A stretch of 64,000 nt of DNA, taken from the NCBI GenBank assembly GCA_963788885.1, contig CAWBIR010000003.1, positions 15,279 through 79,278 on the forward strand, given 5' to 3'. Positions 51,063-60,726 of the stretch are shown here, piece after piece. Position numbers and translations under genes: made by a program. This DNA comes from an uncultured Alphaproteobacteria bacterium. GTDB taxonomy: Bacteria > Pseudomonadota > Alphaproteobacteria > Rhizobiales > Xanthobacteraceae. The notes below the pieces were generated by a model. That model saw nothing but the letters and a program-made list of their open reading frames with translations. It ran no database searches and was not told the DNA's origin. Every line of letters begins with the position of its first letter. Position 1 is the stretch's first letter.

Positions 51063-53126
51063 TCACTCGACGATCACCTGACCGTACATCCACGGATGCG
51101 GCGAGCAGATGTAGTAATAGATGCCCGGCTTATCGAATTTGACCGTTTTCGTTTCGCCCTTGGTCAATACACCGGTGCTCCAACCGTTCTCCTGCACCAG
51201 TGCAGTCGAGTCATGCGGTATGTCGCCCACGTTGGTAAAGCTCACCGTCGTACCGGCCTTGATCCGGGTGCGCGCCGGAGCAAAGCTGTACTCGGTGTTG
51301 TTGGCGCCGATCTTGATCGCATCGACCCCCGCCGCGATCGGCCCGGTTGGCCCAGCCACCGTCTGTGGCGGCGGCGGCGCCCAGAGCGGGCCAAGCTGAC
51401 CTTTCAACGAAAACGTCCAGATGGCATCTCCGTAGGCACTGCCTTGCATCGAGTTGCCGCCGGCCGCGATCGCGATGAATTCCTCGCCATCGACCTCGTA
51501 GACAACAGGCGGAGCGTCCGCGCCAAATCCGGTCTGGAAGCGGAACAGTTCCTGGCCGGTCTTGGCATCGAGCGCAAGGAAGTTGCCGTCTGGCTCACCG
51601 CGAAGCACCAGCCCGCCTGCGGTCACCGTCGAGCCACCGCCGCCACCGACACGATACGGCGTCTTGGTTTGCCAGGCGATCTTGTTGGTCTTGGCATCGA
51701 TGGCGGTGAAAGTGCCGCTCATCGGCGAGCCGATCGGCGCTGTCTGTCCGCCGCCGGTGTAGCGCTGGCCATTAGTGTACTGGCTGCTGTTGCGCACGAA
51801 TGCGCTGCTACGCACCGTGCCCGGCACATAGAGATAACCGGTATCGGGGCTATACGGCATAGGCGACCAATTGGTGCCGCCGATACCCGAAGGCTGAACC
51901 AGGACCGGGGTCTCCCAGAACGGCGTATAGAGACAGCCGGCTTGGTCGTAGCCCGGAATCTTCTCGGCGCATTGCGGCACGACGGGATCGCCGACGGGAA
52001 TCGGCTGCGTCGCCGCCGTCTTTTGCCGCGGCTCCTGTGGCACCGGCTTTTCGTTGATGCCGATCAGCGGTTTGCCGTTGGTGCGATCGAGGATGTAGAC
52101 CCAGCCGGTGCGACCGGCCTCGGCAATGCCCTTTCGTGGTTGACCGTCGATGACGGTATCGAACAAAACAACCGGGCTCGCAGCATCATAGTCCCAGATG
52201 TCGTGGTGCACCTGCTGGAAGTGCCAGGCGTATTCTCCGGTCTTGGCTTTCAAGGCCACCATGGAGGTACAGAAGAGGTTGTCGCCTTCGCGCATCGAGC
52301 CATCGTAGTCGGGTCCGCAATTGCCAACCGCAAAGTAGAGAAGGCCGAGTTCGGGATCGACCGCCGGCGTATTCCAGATCGCGGCACCTCCGCGCATCGA
52401 ATGATCGGTACCGGGCGGCCAAGTCTCGCTGCCCTTTTCGCCCGGAGCGGGCAGGGTGAACCAGCGCCATTTGATCTCTCCGGTTTTGGCATCGAGCGCG
52501 GTCAATCGGCCGCGAACACCAAACTCGCCGCCCGTGATCCCGCTGTAAATCATGCCGTCGTAATAGAGGGGCGCACTCGTGACGCCGTAGCCGTTCTGCC
52601 ATTTTTCGATCGGCGTCTTCCAGGCGACCTTGCCCGTCTTCATGTCGAGCGCAACGACGTTCGCGTCGAGCTGCCCGAGGTAGATTAGCCCGTCACCCAT
52701 CGCCAGGCCGCGATTGACCCAGCCGCAGCACACGGTGGATATGTTCTGCTCGATGCCGGACCAGTACTCCCAAATCATCTCGCCGGTCTTGGCATTGAGC
52801 GCGAAGACGTCGTCATTTCCGGTGACGACATACATGATGCCGTCTTTCACAAGCGGAGACGCCTCGAGAGAATATTTGCCGCCGACGCCCGAACCCTTCA
52901 GCCGGGTCATCCACGCGCCCTTCAGCTTGCCGACATTCGTGGTGTCGATCTGCTTCAGCGTTGAATAGCGATTATTGGTGAGGTTTCCGCCATTGGTAAC
53001 CCAGTCCTTGCCGACCGGGCTTCGAAGGAGCTTGTCGATCTCGGGATCGGCGGCCCGCGCCGGTGTGATGATCAAAAGACCAAAAATAATTAGCGTCGAG
53101 AACACCCGCCATGCCTGACGATGCAT
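51063..53126 (-). CDS. PQQ-dependent dehydrogenase with C-terminal cupredoxin (amicyanin-like) domain
   Basis: Signal peptide; VCCG, GGEFG, GNCGP, HHDIWDYD, GGTNW; Pro-rich linker; PHD...CSPHPWM type-1 Cu ligands. Confidence 0.9.
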   Translation of the reverse strand: MHRQAWRVFSTLIIFGLLIITPARAADPEIDKLLRSPVGKDWVTNGGNLTNNRYSTLKQIDTTNVGKLKGAWMTRLKGSGVGGKYSLEASPLVKDGIMYVVTGNDDVFALNAKTGEMIWEYWSGIEQNISTVCCGWVNRGLAMGDGLIYLGQLDANVVALDMKTGKVAWKTPIEKWQNGYGVTSAPLYYDGMIYSGITGGEFGVRGRLTALDAKTGEIKWRWFTLPAPGEKGSETWPPGTDHSMRGGAAIWNTPAVDPELGLLYFAVGNCGPDYDGSMREGDNLFCTSMVALKAKTGEYAWHFQQVHHDIWDYDAASPVVLFDTVIDGQPRKGIAEAGRTGWVYILDRTNGKPLIGINEKPVPQEPRQKTAATQPIPVGDPVVPQCAEKIPGYDQAGCLYTPFWETPVLVQPSGIGGTNWSPMPYSPDTGYLYVPGTVRSSAFVRNSSQYTNGQRYTGGGQTAPIGSPMSGTFTAIDAKTNKIAWQTKTPYRVGGGGGSTVTAGGLVLRGEPDGNFLALDAKTGQELFRFQTGFGADAPPVVYEVDGEEFIAIAAGGNSMQGSAYGDAIWTFSLKGQLGPLWAPPPPQTVAGPTGPIAAGVDAIKIGANNTEYSFAPARTRIKAGTTVSFTNVGDIPHDSTALVQENGWSTGVLTKGETKTVKFDKPGIYYYICSPHPWMYGQVIVE

Positions 53127-53294
53127 CGTTGCCTCCCCAATTTTTTACGCTGGCGTTCGGCCAGTTGGAGTCAGCGTATCGCCGGCCTCCCGATTTAGCT
53201 ATGCTCTTTGAAGGACTCTGAATTGCAGAAGTTTCTGTTTGCGTTTTCGCGCAACGAAGCGTCCGCGGATGACGGTGGCGAGAGCCGTCCCTAG

Positions 53295-53645
53295 CTATTT
53301 TTGGTACGCGTTGGCGCGAATATAGTACCAGAGCTGATCAATCTCTTCGTCGGTCAGCTTGCCCTTCCATGGTGGCATCTGGTTCTTGCCGTTGCGCACC
53401 GAGTTTTCGAAACGCGGGCGCTCGTTGTCCTTTAACCGGCGCAGGTCGAACGTCTGGCCCGTGTTGACCAATTGCTCGCCGTGACAGATTTGGCAGTTGG
53501 TGTCGTAGACATCTTCGCCAGCTTCGATCTTGGCCTTCTCCTGTGCCGACACCGTTGTGGCAGGCAACAGCGCGGCACACAGTGCGACGATTGCGACAGT
53601 GCAGGGGCGCGTCCGCGCAACCGCGTTTTTCTTCTGGACCGGCAT
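53295..53645 (-). CDS. Small class I cytochrome c
   Basis: Signal peptide, CQICH, GKNQMPPW, LTDEEIDQL; start uncertain. Confidence 0.88.
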   Translation of the reverse strand: MPVQKKNAVARTRPCTVAIVALCAALLPATTVSAQEKAKIEAGEDVYDTNCQICHGEQLVNTGQTFDLRRLKDNERPRFENSVRNGKNQMPPWKGKLTDEEIDQLWYYIRANAYQK

Positions 53646-53760
53646 TTCGATGGAGCTTACGCCTTGTTTTCGGTCTTCCTGCCGCGGAACGACAGGAAGA
53701 CCGGATGAGGTAATGAGAGGCTTGGAAGGAGGCCACCGCACCGGGCCTCCCGATTTCAGG

Positions 53761-55446
53761 TCACTTGTCGAACAAAGCGAAGGTCCAGAGCGACACCCCT
53801 GTGGGCAGGTTAGCGAGGTTTGGGTCCCCGCCGCGCTGCGCGTAGACGCCGCCGATGCCGCTCATCACAGTGACGTATTGCTTGCCGTCTCTCTCCCATG
53901 TCACCGGCTGACCGATGATGCCGGATGGCGTCTGGAAGCTCCACAGGATCTTGCCGGTATCGGCATCGAGCGCCTGGAATTCCCCGGTCATGACGCCGGT
54001 GAACACGAGATTGCTCGCCGTGACCATGGTCGATGAATAGTTCGGGCTTCGATACGGCGTCTCCCATTTCGACTTCCCGGTCATGGGATCGATGGCTTTG
54101 AGATAGCCGCGAATATTGGGGTCGTCGACGACGGTCGTCCGCTTGACGGTAGGCACGCCGGACGGTCGTCCGGGTGTCAGTTTCGGCGGATCGGGCGCCT
54201 CGTAGGTCATCCCGACATGCAATGTGTTGATGTAGAGCATCCCTGTGCGCGGGCTGAATGCCAGGTGTTGCCAGTTGGTCACCCCGGAGATCGACGGCCA
54301 GACCGTGACTTTCTTGCCCTCGAGCGCGCCGGTAAAAACATCGGTCACAACAGGGCGCCCGGTCTTCATGTCGATCCCGCTCGCCCAATTCACCTTGCCG
54401 AAGGGGTTTGCGGTGATCAGCTTGCCGTCCTTGGCATCGAGCACATAGAGGAAGCCGCCGCGGTTGGCCTGAATGACGACCTTGCGCGGAGCGCCGTCGA
54501 CATTGATGGTGGCAATGACCGGCGTCTGTACCGCGTCATAATCGAACGGATCCTGCGGCGTGGTCTGGAAATACCAGACACGTTCTCCCGTCTTCGGCCG
54601 GACAGCGAAAACGGAGTCGGTAAAGAGGTTGTCGCCCTTGCGGGCGCGCGGATTCCACGGCGCCGGGTTGCCGATACCCCAATAGACGAGGTCGAGCTCC
54701 GCATCGTAGGTGCCGGTGACCCAACTGCTGCCGCCACCCGTAAGCTGGGAATCGCCTTCCCACGTCTCGGACCCCGGTTCGCCCTTGGCCGGAACCGTGT
54801 AGAGCCGCCACAAGTGCTTACCGGTCTTGGCGTCATATCCTTCGAGGAAGCCGCGATGGCTGAACTCGGCACCAGCCACGCCCATGATGACAACGCCATT
54901 GACGATCAGCGGCGCGCCCGTCATCGCGTAGCCATTTTCGGCGGTCGCGGGCTCCGGTGAATTCACCGTCCAGACCTCTTTGCCCGTCTTGGCGTCCAGC
55001 GCAACGAGCCGGTCGTCCATGAGAGCCCGGATCACCATGCCTTCGTAGATAGCCGCGCCGCGGTTGACGATGCCGCAGCAGACGACGCGCAAACTCTCCG
55101 GCGGATAGTCGTGAAGGACCCGCCATATCTGCTTGCCGGTGAGCGCGTCGACCGCCACCGTCGCATTGTGGGTTGTCGCGTAGATGACGCCATCCTTGAC
55201 GACGGGAAAGCTTTCTCCACCCTGCAGGTCCGCGAGCGAGTAAGCCCAAACCGGGACCAGCTTGCTCACATTATCCTTGTTGATTTGGGTAAGCGGACTG
55301 AACCGGTTTGCCGAGTAACCCATGCCGTAGACGAGCACGTCGCCGGGTGTTTTCTCGTCGTTCTTCAAATCGTCGGCCGTTTGGGCGAGCGCCGCAAACG
55401 GGACGGCCGCGCTCAGCAAGACCGCAAAAAGCATCGATCGCTTCAC
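53761..55446 (-). CDS. PQQ-dependent alcohol dehydrogenase (ExaA/ExaF/PedH-related, clade uncertain)
   Basis: Signal peptide; RFSPLTQIN, VCCGIVNRG, GAEF, GNPAPW, FDYD, QANRGGF. Confidence 0.9.
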   Translation of the reverse strand: MKRSMLFAVLLSAAVPFAALAQTADDLKNDEKTPGDVLVYGMGYSANRFSPLTQINKDNVSKLVPVWAYSLADLQGGESFPVVKDGVIYATTHNATVAVDALTGKQIWRVLHDYPPESLRVVCCGIVNRGAAIYEGMVIRALMDDRLVALDAKTGKEVWTVNSPEPATAENGYAMTGAPLIVNGVVIMGVAGAEFSHRGFLEGYDAKTGKHLWRLYTVPAKGEPGSETWEGDSQLTGGGSSWVTGTYDAELDLVYWGIGNPAPWNPRARKGDNLFTDSVFAVRPKTGERVWYFQTTPQDPFDYDAVQTPVIATINVDGAPRKVVIQANRGGFLYVLDAKDGKLITANPFGKVNWASGIDMKTGRPVVTDVFTGALEGKKVTVWPSISGVTNWQHLAFSPRTGMLYINTLHVGMTYEAPDPPKLTPGRPSGVPTVKRTTVVDDPNIRGYLKAIDPMTGKSKWETPYRSPNYSSTMVTASNLVFTGVMTGEFQALDADTGKILWSFQTPSGIIGQPVTWERDGKQYVTVMSGIGGVYAQRGGDPNLANLPTGVSLWTFALFDK

Positions 55447-55627
55447 GATATCCCCCCCTGATTTATTTTCTTGCCCGACTATTAGTCGAGTTTCCTCGTC
55501 AGCACCAATGCCGCGGTGAGATAACGGCTCCGCGCGGCGACGAGGGGGGAGGTCTACGGGTCAGTTTTTGTGCACGCCAGGGAGAGGCGGCAGGAGGCGG
55601 CGACGGCCTCCGCGGCGTCCTGCCACT

Positions 55628-55657
55628 CATTTACAAGGCGTGCATTTACAAGGCGTG
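55628..55657. repeat. Perfect 15-bp tandem duplication
   Basis: CATTTACAAGGCGTG twice. Confidence 0.85.
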
Positions 55658-55699
55658 ACCGCGTACTTTAGCTCTTGGCCGGGATGCGATGCTCTCGCC

Positions 55700-55915
55700 T
55701 CAGGCCTGACTTTTCGGCACGTATTTACCCAGCACGCACTTATAGCTTTCGACCCGCCACTCGCGGTACGGACCATTCTGTAGCCATTCGGCGATGCCGA
55801 TCTGGGCGTGAACCTGGCAATCCATCATTGAGATGCTGGACTGCTCGCTGTTGGTAACGACCTTTTCCAGGCAAACTTGGCCGTTGCACAAAAGCGCCAC
55901 AAGGGTAACGAGCAT
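55700..55915 (-). CDS. Small four-Cys hypothetical protein
   Basis: GGAGA RBS; 71 aa; motif shared with 63745-63981. Confidence 0.7.
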   Translation of the reverse strand: MLVTLVALLCNGQVCLEKVVTNSEQSSISMMDCQVHAQIGIAEWLQNGPYREWRVESYKCVLGKYVPKSQA

Positions 55916-56057
55916 GGAGTCTCCATCGAAAAAGCGATTCGGTGGATTTTACCATGCAGCGTTCGTGCCAAACTGCGGACGCACACAATTGTCCGTCCGT
56001 ACGAGTACGGAAGGGGCCGATGCCCGATGGCCCGTACCGGACAGATATCCGGCTCGG

Positions 56058-56094
56058 CAAAAGACGGCCTCGCCGCAACCGCGCGGGCGAGGCC
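56058..56094 (-). terminator. Probable terminator downstream of gfa
   Basis: GGCCTCGCC...GGCGAGGCC stem followed by GTCTTTT on the minus strand. Confidence 0.55.
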
Positions 56095-56200
56095 TTAAGG
56101 TGCGGGTCAGGGAGGAGGCTGCATCAAGACCCGTCGTGTTTGGCCGACTCGGGAGAAGGCCGGCTTTTTCTTGACCTGACTTCGTGCTGCTTCAGTTAGC

Positions 56201-56764
56201 TCAGGCAGCCTTGGATTTCGCCACGTGGGTGGCGATGGCATCCATCAGTGCGGGAGACAGGCAGTCGTAAGGTTCGAGCCCCAGCTCTTTTAGTCGGGCC
56301 CGAATGCCATCCATCTGCTCCGGTTTGACGCCGGATTCGATGACTGACGAAACGAATGCCGCAAACCCCGGCGCCGCCGATCCCGATTCCTGGAACAACT
56401 CGGGATGGATGAAGTCGAGGCCGTAGAACGGATGCGCCTTGTTTTCGATGCGACCATACATATGAGTGCCGCATACCTTGCACGCGTGCCGCTGGATGGT
56501 CTTCGAGGCATCGATAATTTGAAGTTTGTCGCCATTCTCCAGCACGCTTACGTTCTCGCGTGGAACCACGGCAACCACCGAGAAGACCGCGCCGTCGGGT
56601 TTCCAGCACTGGGTGCAGCCGCAGGCGTGGTTGTGCGCGACGTCGCCCTTGACGCCGACCTTGACCGGCTTGTCCTTGCATTTGCAGACGAGCGTTCCGC
56701 CAGCAAAGCTGCCTGAACCTTTCTTTACACCGTTGTCGACCGAGGGATGGATATGAACGTTCAT
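56201..56764 (-). CDS. gfa: Glutathione-dependent formaldehyde-activating enzyme
   Basis: [47 protein letters not shown]. Confidence 0.95.
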   Translation of the reverse strand: MNVHIHPSVDNGVKKGSGSFAGGTLVCKCKDKPVKVGVKGDVAHNHACGCTQCWKPDGAVFSVVAVVPRENVSVLENGDKLQIIDASKTIQRHACKVCGTHMYGRIENKAHPFYGLDFIHPELFQESGSAAPGFAAFVSSVIESGVKPEQMDGIRARLKELGLEPYDCLSPALMDAIATHVAKSKAA

Positions 56765-56798
56765 GGGCCTATCCTCCTTGCGTTGTAATTTCTATCAG

Positions 56799-57908
56799 TC
56801 AGTACACGACGACCGAGCGGATCGATTTTCCTTCATGCATCAGATCGAATCCCTTGTTGATTTCCTCAAGCTTGAGGGTGTGGGTGATCATCGGATCGAT
56901 CTGAATTTTTCCATCCATGTACCAGTCGACGATTTTCGGTACGTCGGTGCGGCCGCGCGCGCCGCCGAACGCCGTGCCTTTCCAGACGCGGCCGGTGACG
57001 AGTTGGAACGGCCGCGTGGCGATTTCCTTGCCGGATTCCGCCACGCCGATGATGACCGAAACGCCCCAGCCGCGGTGACAGGCTTCGAGCGCCTGGCGCA
57101 TTACGGTGGTGTTGCCGGTGCAATCGAAGGTGAAATCGGCCCCGCCATCGGTGAGCGTGACGAGGTGCTGGACAATATCGCCTGAGATCTTTGTCGGGTT
57201 GACGAAATCGGTCATCCCGAACCTGCGGCCCCAATCTGCCTTGGAGTCGTTGATGTCGACGCCGACGATCTTGTTGGCGCCGACCATCTTGGCGCCCTGA
57301 ATGACGTTCAGCCCAATTCCACCGAGACCGAACACAACGACATTGGAGCCCGGCGTAACTTTGGCGGTATTGGTCACCGCGCCAACACCGGTCGTGACGC
57401 CACAACCGATATAGCAGCTCTTGTCGAACGGCGCGTCCTCGCGAATCTTCGCGACTGCGATTTCGGGCAGCACCGTGAAATTCGAGAAAGTCGAGCATCC
57501 CATATAGTGGTAGATGGTCTTCCCCTTGTAGCTGAAGCGCGACGTGCCATCCGGCATCACGCCTTTACCCTGCGTGGCGCGGATCGCCGTGCACAGATTG
57601 GTCTTCTGGCTGAGACAGCTTTTGCACTGGCGGCATTCCGGCGTGTACAGAGGAATGACGTGATCGCCAGGCTTCACCGACGTGACGCCGGCGCCGACCT
57701 CGCGCACGATCCCGGCACCCTCGTGACCGAGGATGGATGGAAAAATCCCTTCGCTGTCGAAACCGTCGAGCGTGTAGGCATCCGTATGGCAGATGCCGGT
57801 TGCCTTGATCTCGACGAGGACCTCGCCGGCCTTTGGTCCTTCCAGATCGAGTTCAACAATTTCCAGCGGCTTCTTGGCTTCGAATGCGACGGCGGCGCGT
57901 GTCTTCAT
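56799..57908 (-). CDS. frmA: S-(hydroxymethyl)glutathione dehydrogenase (class III ADH)
   Basis: [21 protein letters not shown]...[23 protein letters not shown]. Confidence 0.95.
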   Translation of the reverse strand: MKTRAAVAFEAKKPLEIVELDLEGPKAGEVLVEIKATGICHTDAYTLDGFDSEGIFPSILGHEGAGIVREVGAGVTSVKPGDHVIPLYTPECRQCKSCLSQKTNLCTAIRATQGKGVMPDGTSRFSYKGKTIYHYMGCSTFSNFTVLPEIAVAKIREDAPFDKSCYIGCGVTTGVGAVTNTAKVTPGSNVVVFGLGGIGLNVIQGAKMVGANKIVGVDINDSKADWGRRFGMTDFVNPTKISGDIVQHLVTLTDGGADFTFDCTGNTTVMRQALEACHRGWGVSVIIGVAESGKEIATRPFQLVTGRVWKGTAFGGARGRTDVPKIVDWYMDGKIQIDPMITHTLKLEEINKGFDLMHEGKSIRSVVVY

Positions 57909-57933
57909 GGTCTGATCCCTGTCTTGCTCAGCT

Positions 57934-58455
57934 TCAGTGCTTGGTGCCCATACAGGAATTTTCGGCCTGGGTGTAGGCAGGCGATTTATCTTCGTGTTTC
58001 GCGGGGCGGACTCGCGCCACGGCGTCATTGGCACGGGCCCTCAGATAGACGTAGAGATCGTCCAGATAGCAGGTCACATTCGGATTATCGCCAAAGGCCG
58101 GCATGACATTTTCCTGCGCCGTACTGACGTTCTTGCGACCGCTCGCGACGATAGCGAGGAATTCGCCGTAGCTCATCGTCTTCAGCGAGTCCTTTAGCGC
58201 CGGCGCGTAGCTCGATCCCATGCCGTCGGGCCCGTGGCAGACGTGGCATTCCGAATGATAGCGGCGGTATCCCGAGTACAAGTACCAGTCGACCGTGCCG
58301 TCCGGCTGGATCTTATAAGTCGGGTTTCCCTGGCTATCGAGGTATTTGCCATTCTCTGATTTCACCGCAGCAGGATCACCCGAGCCATCGGCGAAGGCAG
58401 TTCCACCTGCAGCGATCAGCAAGGCCGCCGCGGTCATTAGGTAGACGATACGCAA
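57934..58455 (-). CDS. xoxG: XoxG-type cytochrome c, electron acceptor of XoxF
   Basis: [32 protein letters not shown]; directly after xoxF; TTG start with GAGGA. Confidence 0.85.
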   Translation of the reverse strand: MRIVYLMTAAALLIAAGGTAFADGSGDPAAVKSENGKYLDSQGNPTYKIQPDGTVDWYLYSGYRRYHSECHVCHGPDGMGSSYAPALKDSLKTMSYGEFLAIVASGRKNVSTAQENVMPAFGDNPNVTCYLDDLYVYLRARANDAVARVRPAKHEDKSPAYTQAENSCMGTKH

Positions 58456-58531
58456 GAGCTTTTCCTCGGCAATCGATGTCGCGTAGTCCAGCACGCGGGC
58501 GAACCCGCGCGCTGGAACGAGAGCCTTCAGC

Positions 58532-60334
58532 TCACTGCGGCAGTGTGAACACGGTGAGTGTTCCGCCGAGCGCCGTATAGTTGCTCAGCGCAGCGTAACC
58601 GCCGACCGCGCCCAGACCTGCGGTCGGATCGGTCAGGCCAGCCGCGAGGCCAATGCCTGCCCAACCACCGACACCCGAAAGCACGGCGATATATTGCTTG
58701 CCACCATGCTCGTAGGTCGTGACGTTGCCGATGATGCCGGACGGGGTCTTGAACTTGTAAAGCTCCTTGCCCGTCTTGGCGTCGACCGCCTTCAGATAGC
58801 CTTCGAGCGTACCGTAGAACACGACGCCACCGGCGGTCGCGAGCGCGCCTGACCAGACCGAGAACTGTTCCTTGTTCGACCAGACGATCTTGCCCGTCTT
58901 GCCGTCCCAGGCGATGAAGTTGCCCATATGGGTTTCGCCGGGAGGCGGATACATCGACAGCGTCGCCCCTACATAGGGCTGGCCAGCGGTGTAGCTCACC
59001 TTGAACGGTTCGTAGTCCATGCAGACGTGGTTGGTCGGCACGTAGAACAACTGCGTGTCCGGCGAGTAGGCCGCCGGCTGCTCGTCCTTGGTGCCGAGCG
59101 CGGCCGGGCAGATGCCCTTGTTGTTGTGATCCTCGCCCTGCTTGTCGGTCGAGTATTCGTCGAGCACCTTCGGCCGGCCGTAGGTCGGCGAGCTCTTGTT
59201 CATGTCGACGCCGGAGGTCCAGTTGACCTTCGGGTCGAACTTCTGAGCCACCAGCAATTCGCCGTTGACGCGATCGAGCGTATAGCCGAGGCCATTGCGA
59301 TCGAAATGGGTCAGCAGCTTGCGGGCTTTTCCGTCGATCGACTGATCGGTGAGGATCATCTCGTTGACGCCGTCATAGTCCCACTCGTCGTGGGGCGTCA
59401 TCTGATAGACCCACTTCGCCGTCCCATTATCGGGACTGCGGGCGAAAATGGTCATTGACCACTTGTTGTCGCCGGGGCGTTGCTTCGGATTCCAGGTCGA
59501 GGGGTTGCCCGATCCATAATAGACGAGGTCAAGCGACGGATCGTAAGCCAGCCAGCCCCACGTGCAGCCGCCGCCGATTTTCCACTGATCGCCTTCCCAA
59601 GTCTTCAGGCTCGAATCCTTGCCGACGGGCTTGCCGAGTGACGTGGTCTTGTCGTCGAACAGGATTTGATCGTCCGGACCTTCGGAATAGGCTTTCCAGA
59701 TCTGCTTGCCATCCTTGACGCTATAGGCGGTCATGCTGCACTGGACGCCGAACTCGCCGCCGGACGTTCCGACCAGCACCTTGTCTTTGACGACCATCGG
59801 CGCCGAGGTGCCGGTCTGGCCTTTGCTCGGATCACCGTTGGCTACGGACCACTCGACGTTGCCGTTCTTCGCATTTAGCGCGACCAGCTTGTCGTCGGCT
59901 TGGTGCAGGAAGATCTTGCCGTCGGCGTAAGCAACACCGCGATTGACGGTATCGCAGCACATCACCGGGATGACATTCGGATCCTGCTTCGGCTCGTAGC
60001 TCCAAACGATCTTATTCTCGTTGGAAAGGTCAAGAGCATAGACCTTGTTCGGGAAGGGGGTATGAACGTACATCATGTTGTCGATGATGAGCGGTCCACC
60101 TTCGTGACCGCGCAGCACGCCGGTCGAGAAGGTCCAAGCGACCTGCATTTTGCCGACGTTGGAGCTGTTGATCTGCTTGAGCTTGGAGTAGCGCGTGTTG
60201 GCATAGTCGCCTGTGGGCATCGCCCACTGGGCCGGATTCTGCGACATCCGGTTCAGTCCGTCATTGGCTCCGGCGCTTCCGGCGGCCACTACCGCCATGG
60301 CACCCAGACCAGTCGCGAGTAGTACTTTTCGCAT
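58532..60334 (-). CDS. xoxF: Lanthanide-dependent methanol dehydrogenase XoxF
   Basis: [44 protein letters not shown] (Ln-binding Asp), [10 protein letters not shown]; no mxaI adjacent. Confidence 0.96.
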   Translation of the reverse strand: MRKVLLATGLGAMAVVAAGSAGANDGLNRMSQNPAQWAMPTGDYANTRYSKLKQINSSNVGKMQVAWTFSTGVLRGHEGGPLIIDNMMYVHTPFPNKVYALDLSNENKIVWSYEPKQDPNVIPVMCCDTVNRGVAYADGKIFLHQADDKLVALNAKNGNVEWSVANGDPSKGQTGTSAPMVVKDKVLVGTSGGEFGVQCSMTAYSVKDGKQIWKAYSEGPDDQILFDDKTTSLGKPVGKDSSLKTWEGDQWKIGGGCTWGWLAYDPSLDLVYYGSGNPSTWNPKQRPGDNKWSMTIFARSPDNGTAKWVYQMTPHDEWDYDGVNEMILTDQSIDGKARKLLTHFDRNGLGYTLDRVNGELLVAQKFDPKVNWTSGVDMNKSSPTYGRPKVLDEYSTDKQGEDHNNKGICPAALGTKDEQPAAYSPDTQLFYVPTNHVCMDYEPFKVSYTAGQPYVGATLSMYPPPGETHMGNFIAWDGKTGKIVWSNKEQFSVWSGALATAGGVVFYGTLEGYLKAVDAKTGKELYKFKTPSGIIGNVTTYEHGGKQYIAVLSGVGGWAGIGLAAGLTDPTAGLGAVGGYAALSNYTALGGTLTVFTLPQ

Positions 60335-60433
60335 CGTGGTTCCTCCCAGTGTTGAACTTTGGGTTCCGCAGGCGCGGCCCAGTTTTCGAGTTCTTGTTAA
60401 CCTGTATACCTATCCGCTCGGAGAGGCTGAAAC

Positions 60434-60469
60434 TTGCCCGAGAGCGAATCCCGTTTGCTTGAAAGAGAA
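60434..60469. promoter_or_regulatory. Candidate AraC-family operator (direct repeats 21 bp apart)
   Basis: TTGCCCGAGAGCGAA (60434) and TTGCTTGAAAGAGAA (60455), 11/15 identical. Confidence 0.35.
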
Positions 60470-60726
60470 GCGGGGGTGATTTTTTCGCGTTGCTCGTGAC
60501 GATTGTGGCGGTACCGGCCCAGATGCTGCACGGCGTCAAACGACAGCGTCGTTAGGCCGCCGGAGGTTTTCCTTGACGGCGCCTAAACTTAGACCGAGGA
60601 TCGGCCAACGATAACGAGAGGGACGCTCGGCGATTCCAAATCTGGCCGCCTCAACTTGGCCTTGGATGTCACCTAGCCGTGATTGTCCGCGAGAGATCGT
60701 GGTCGGTCTTCAATCGGTGGCAGGAA

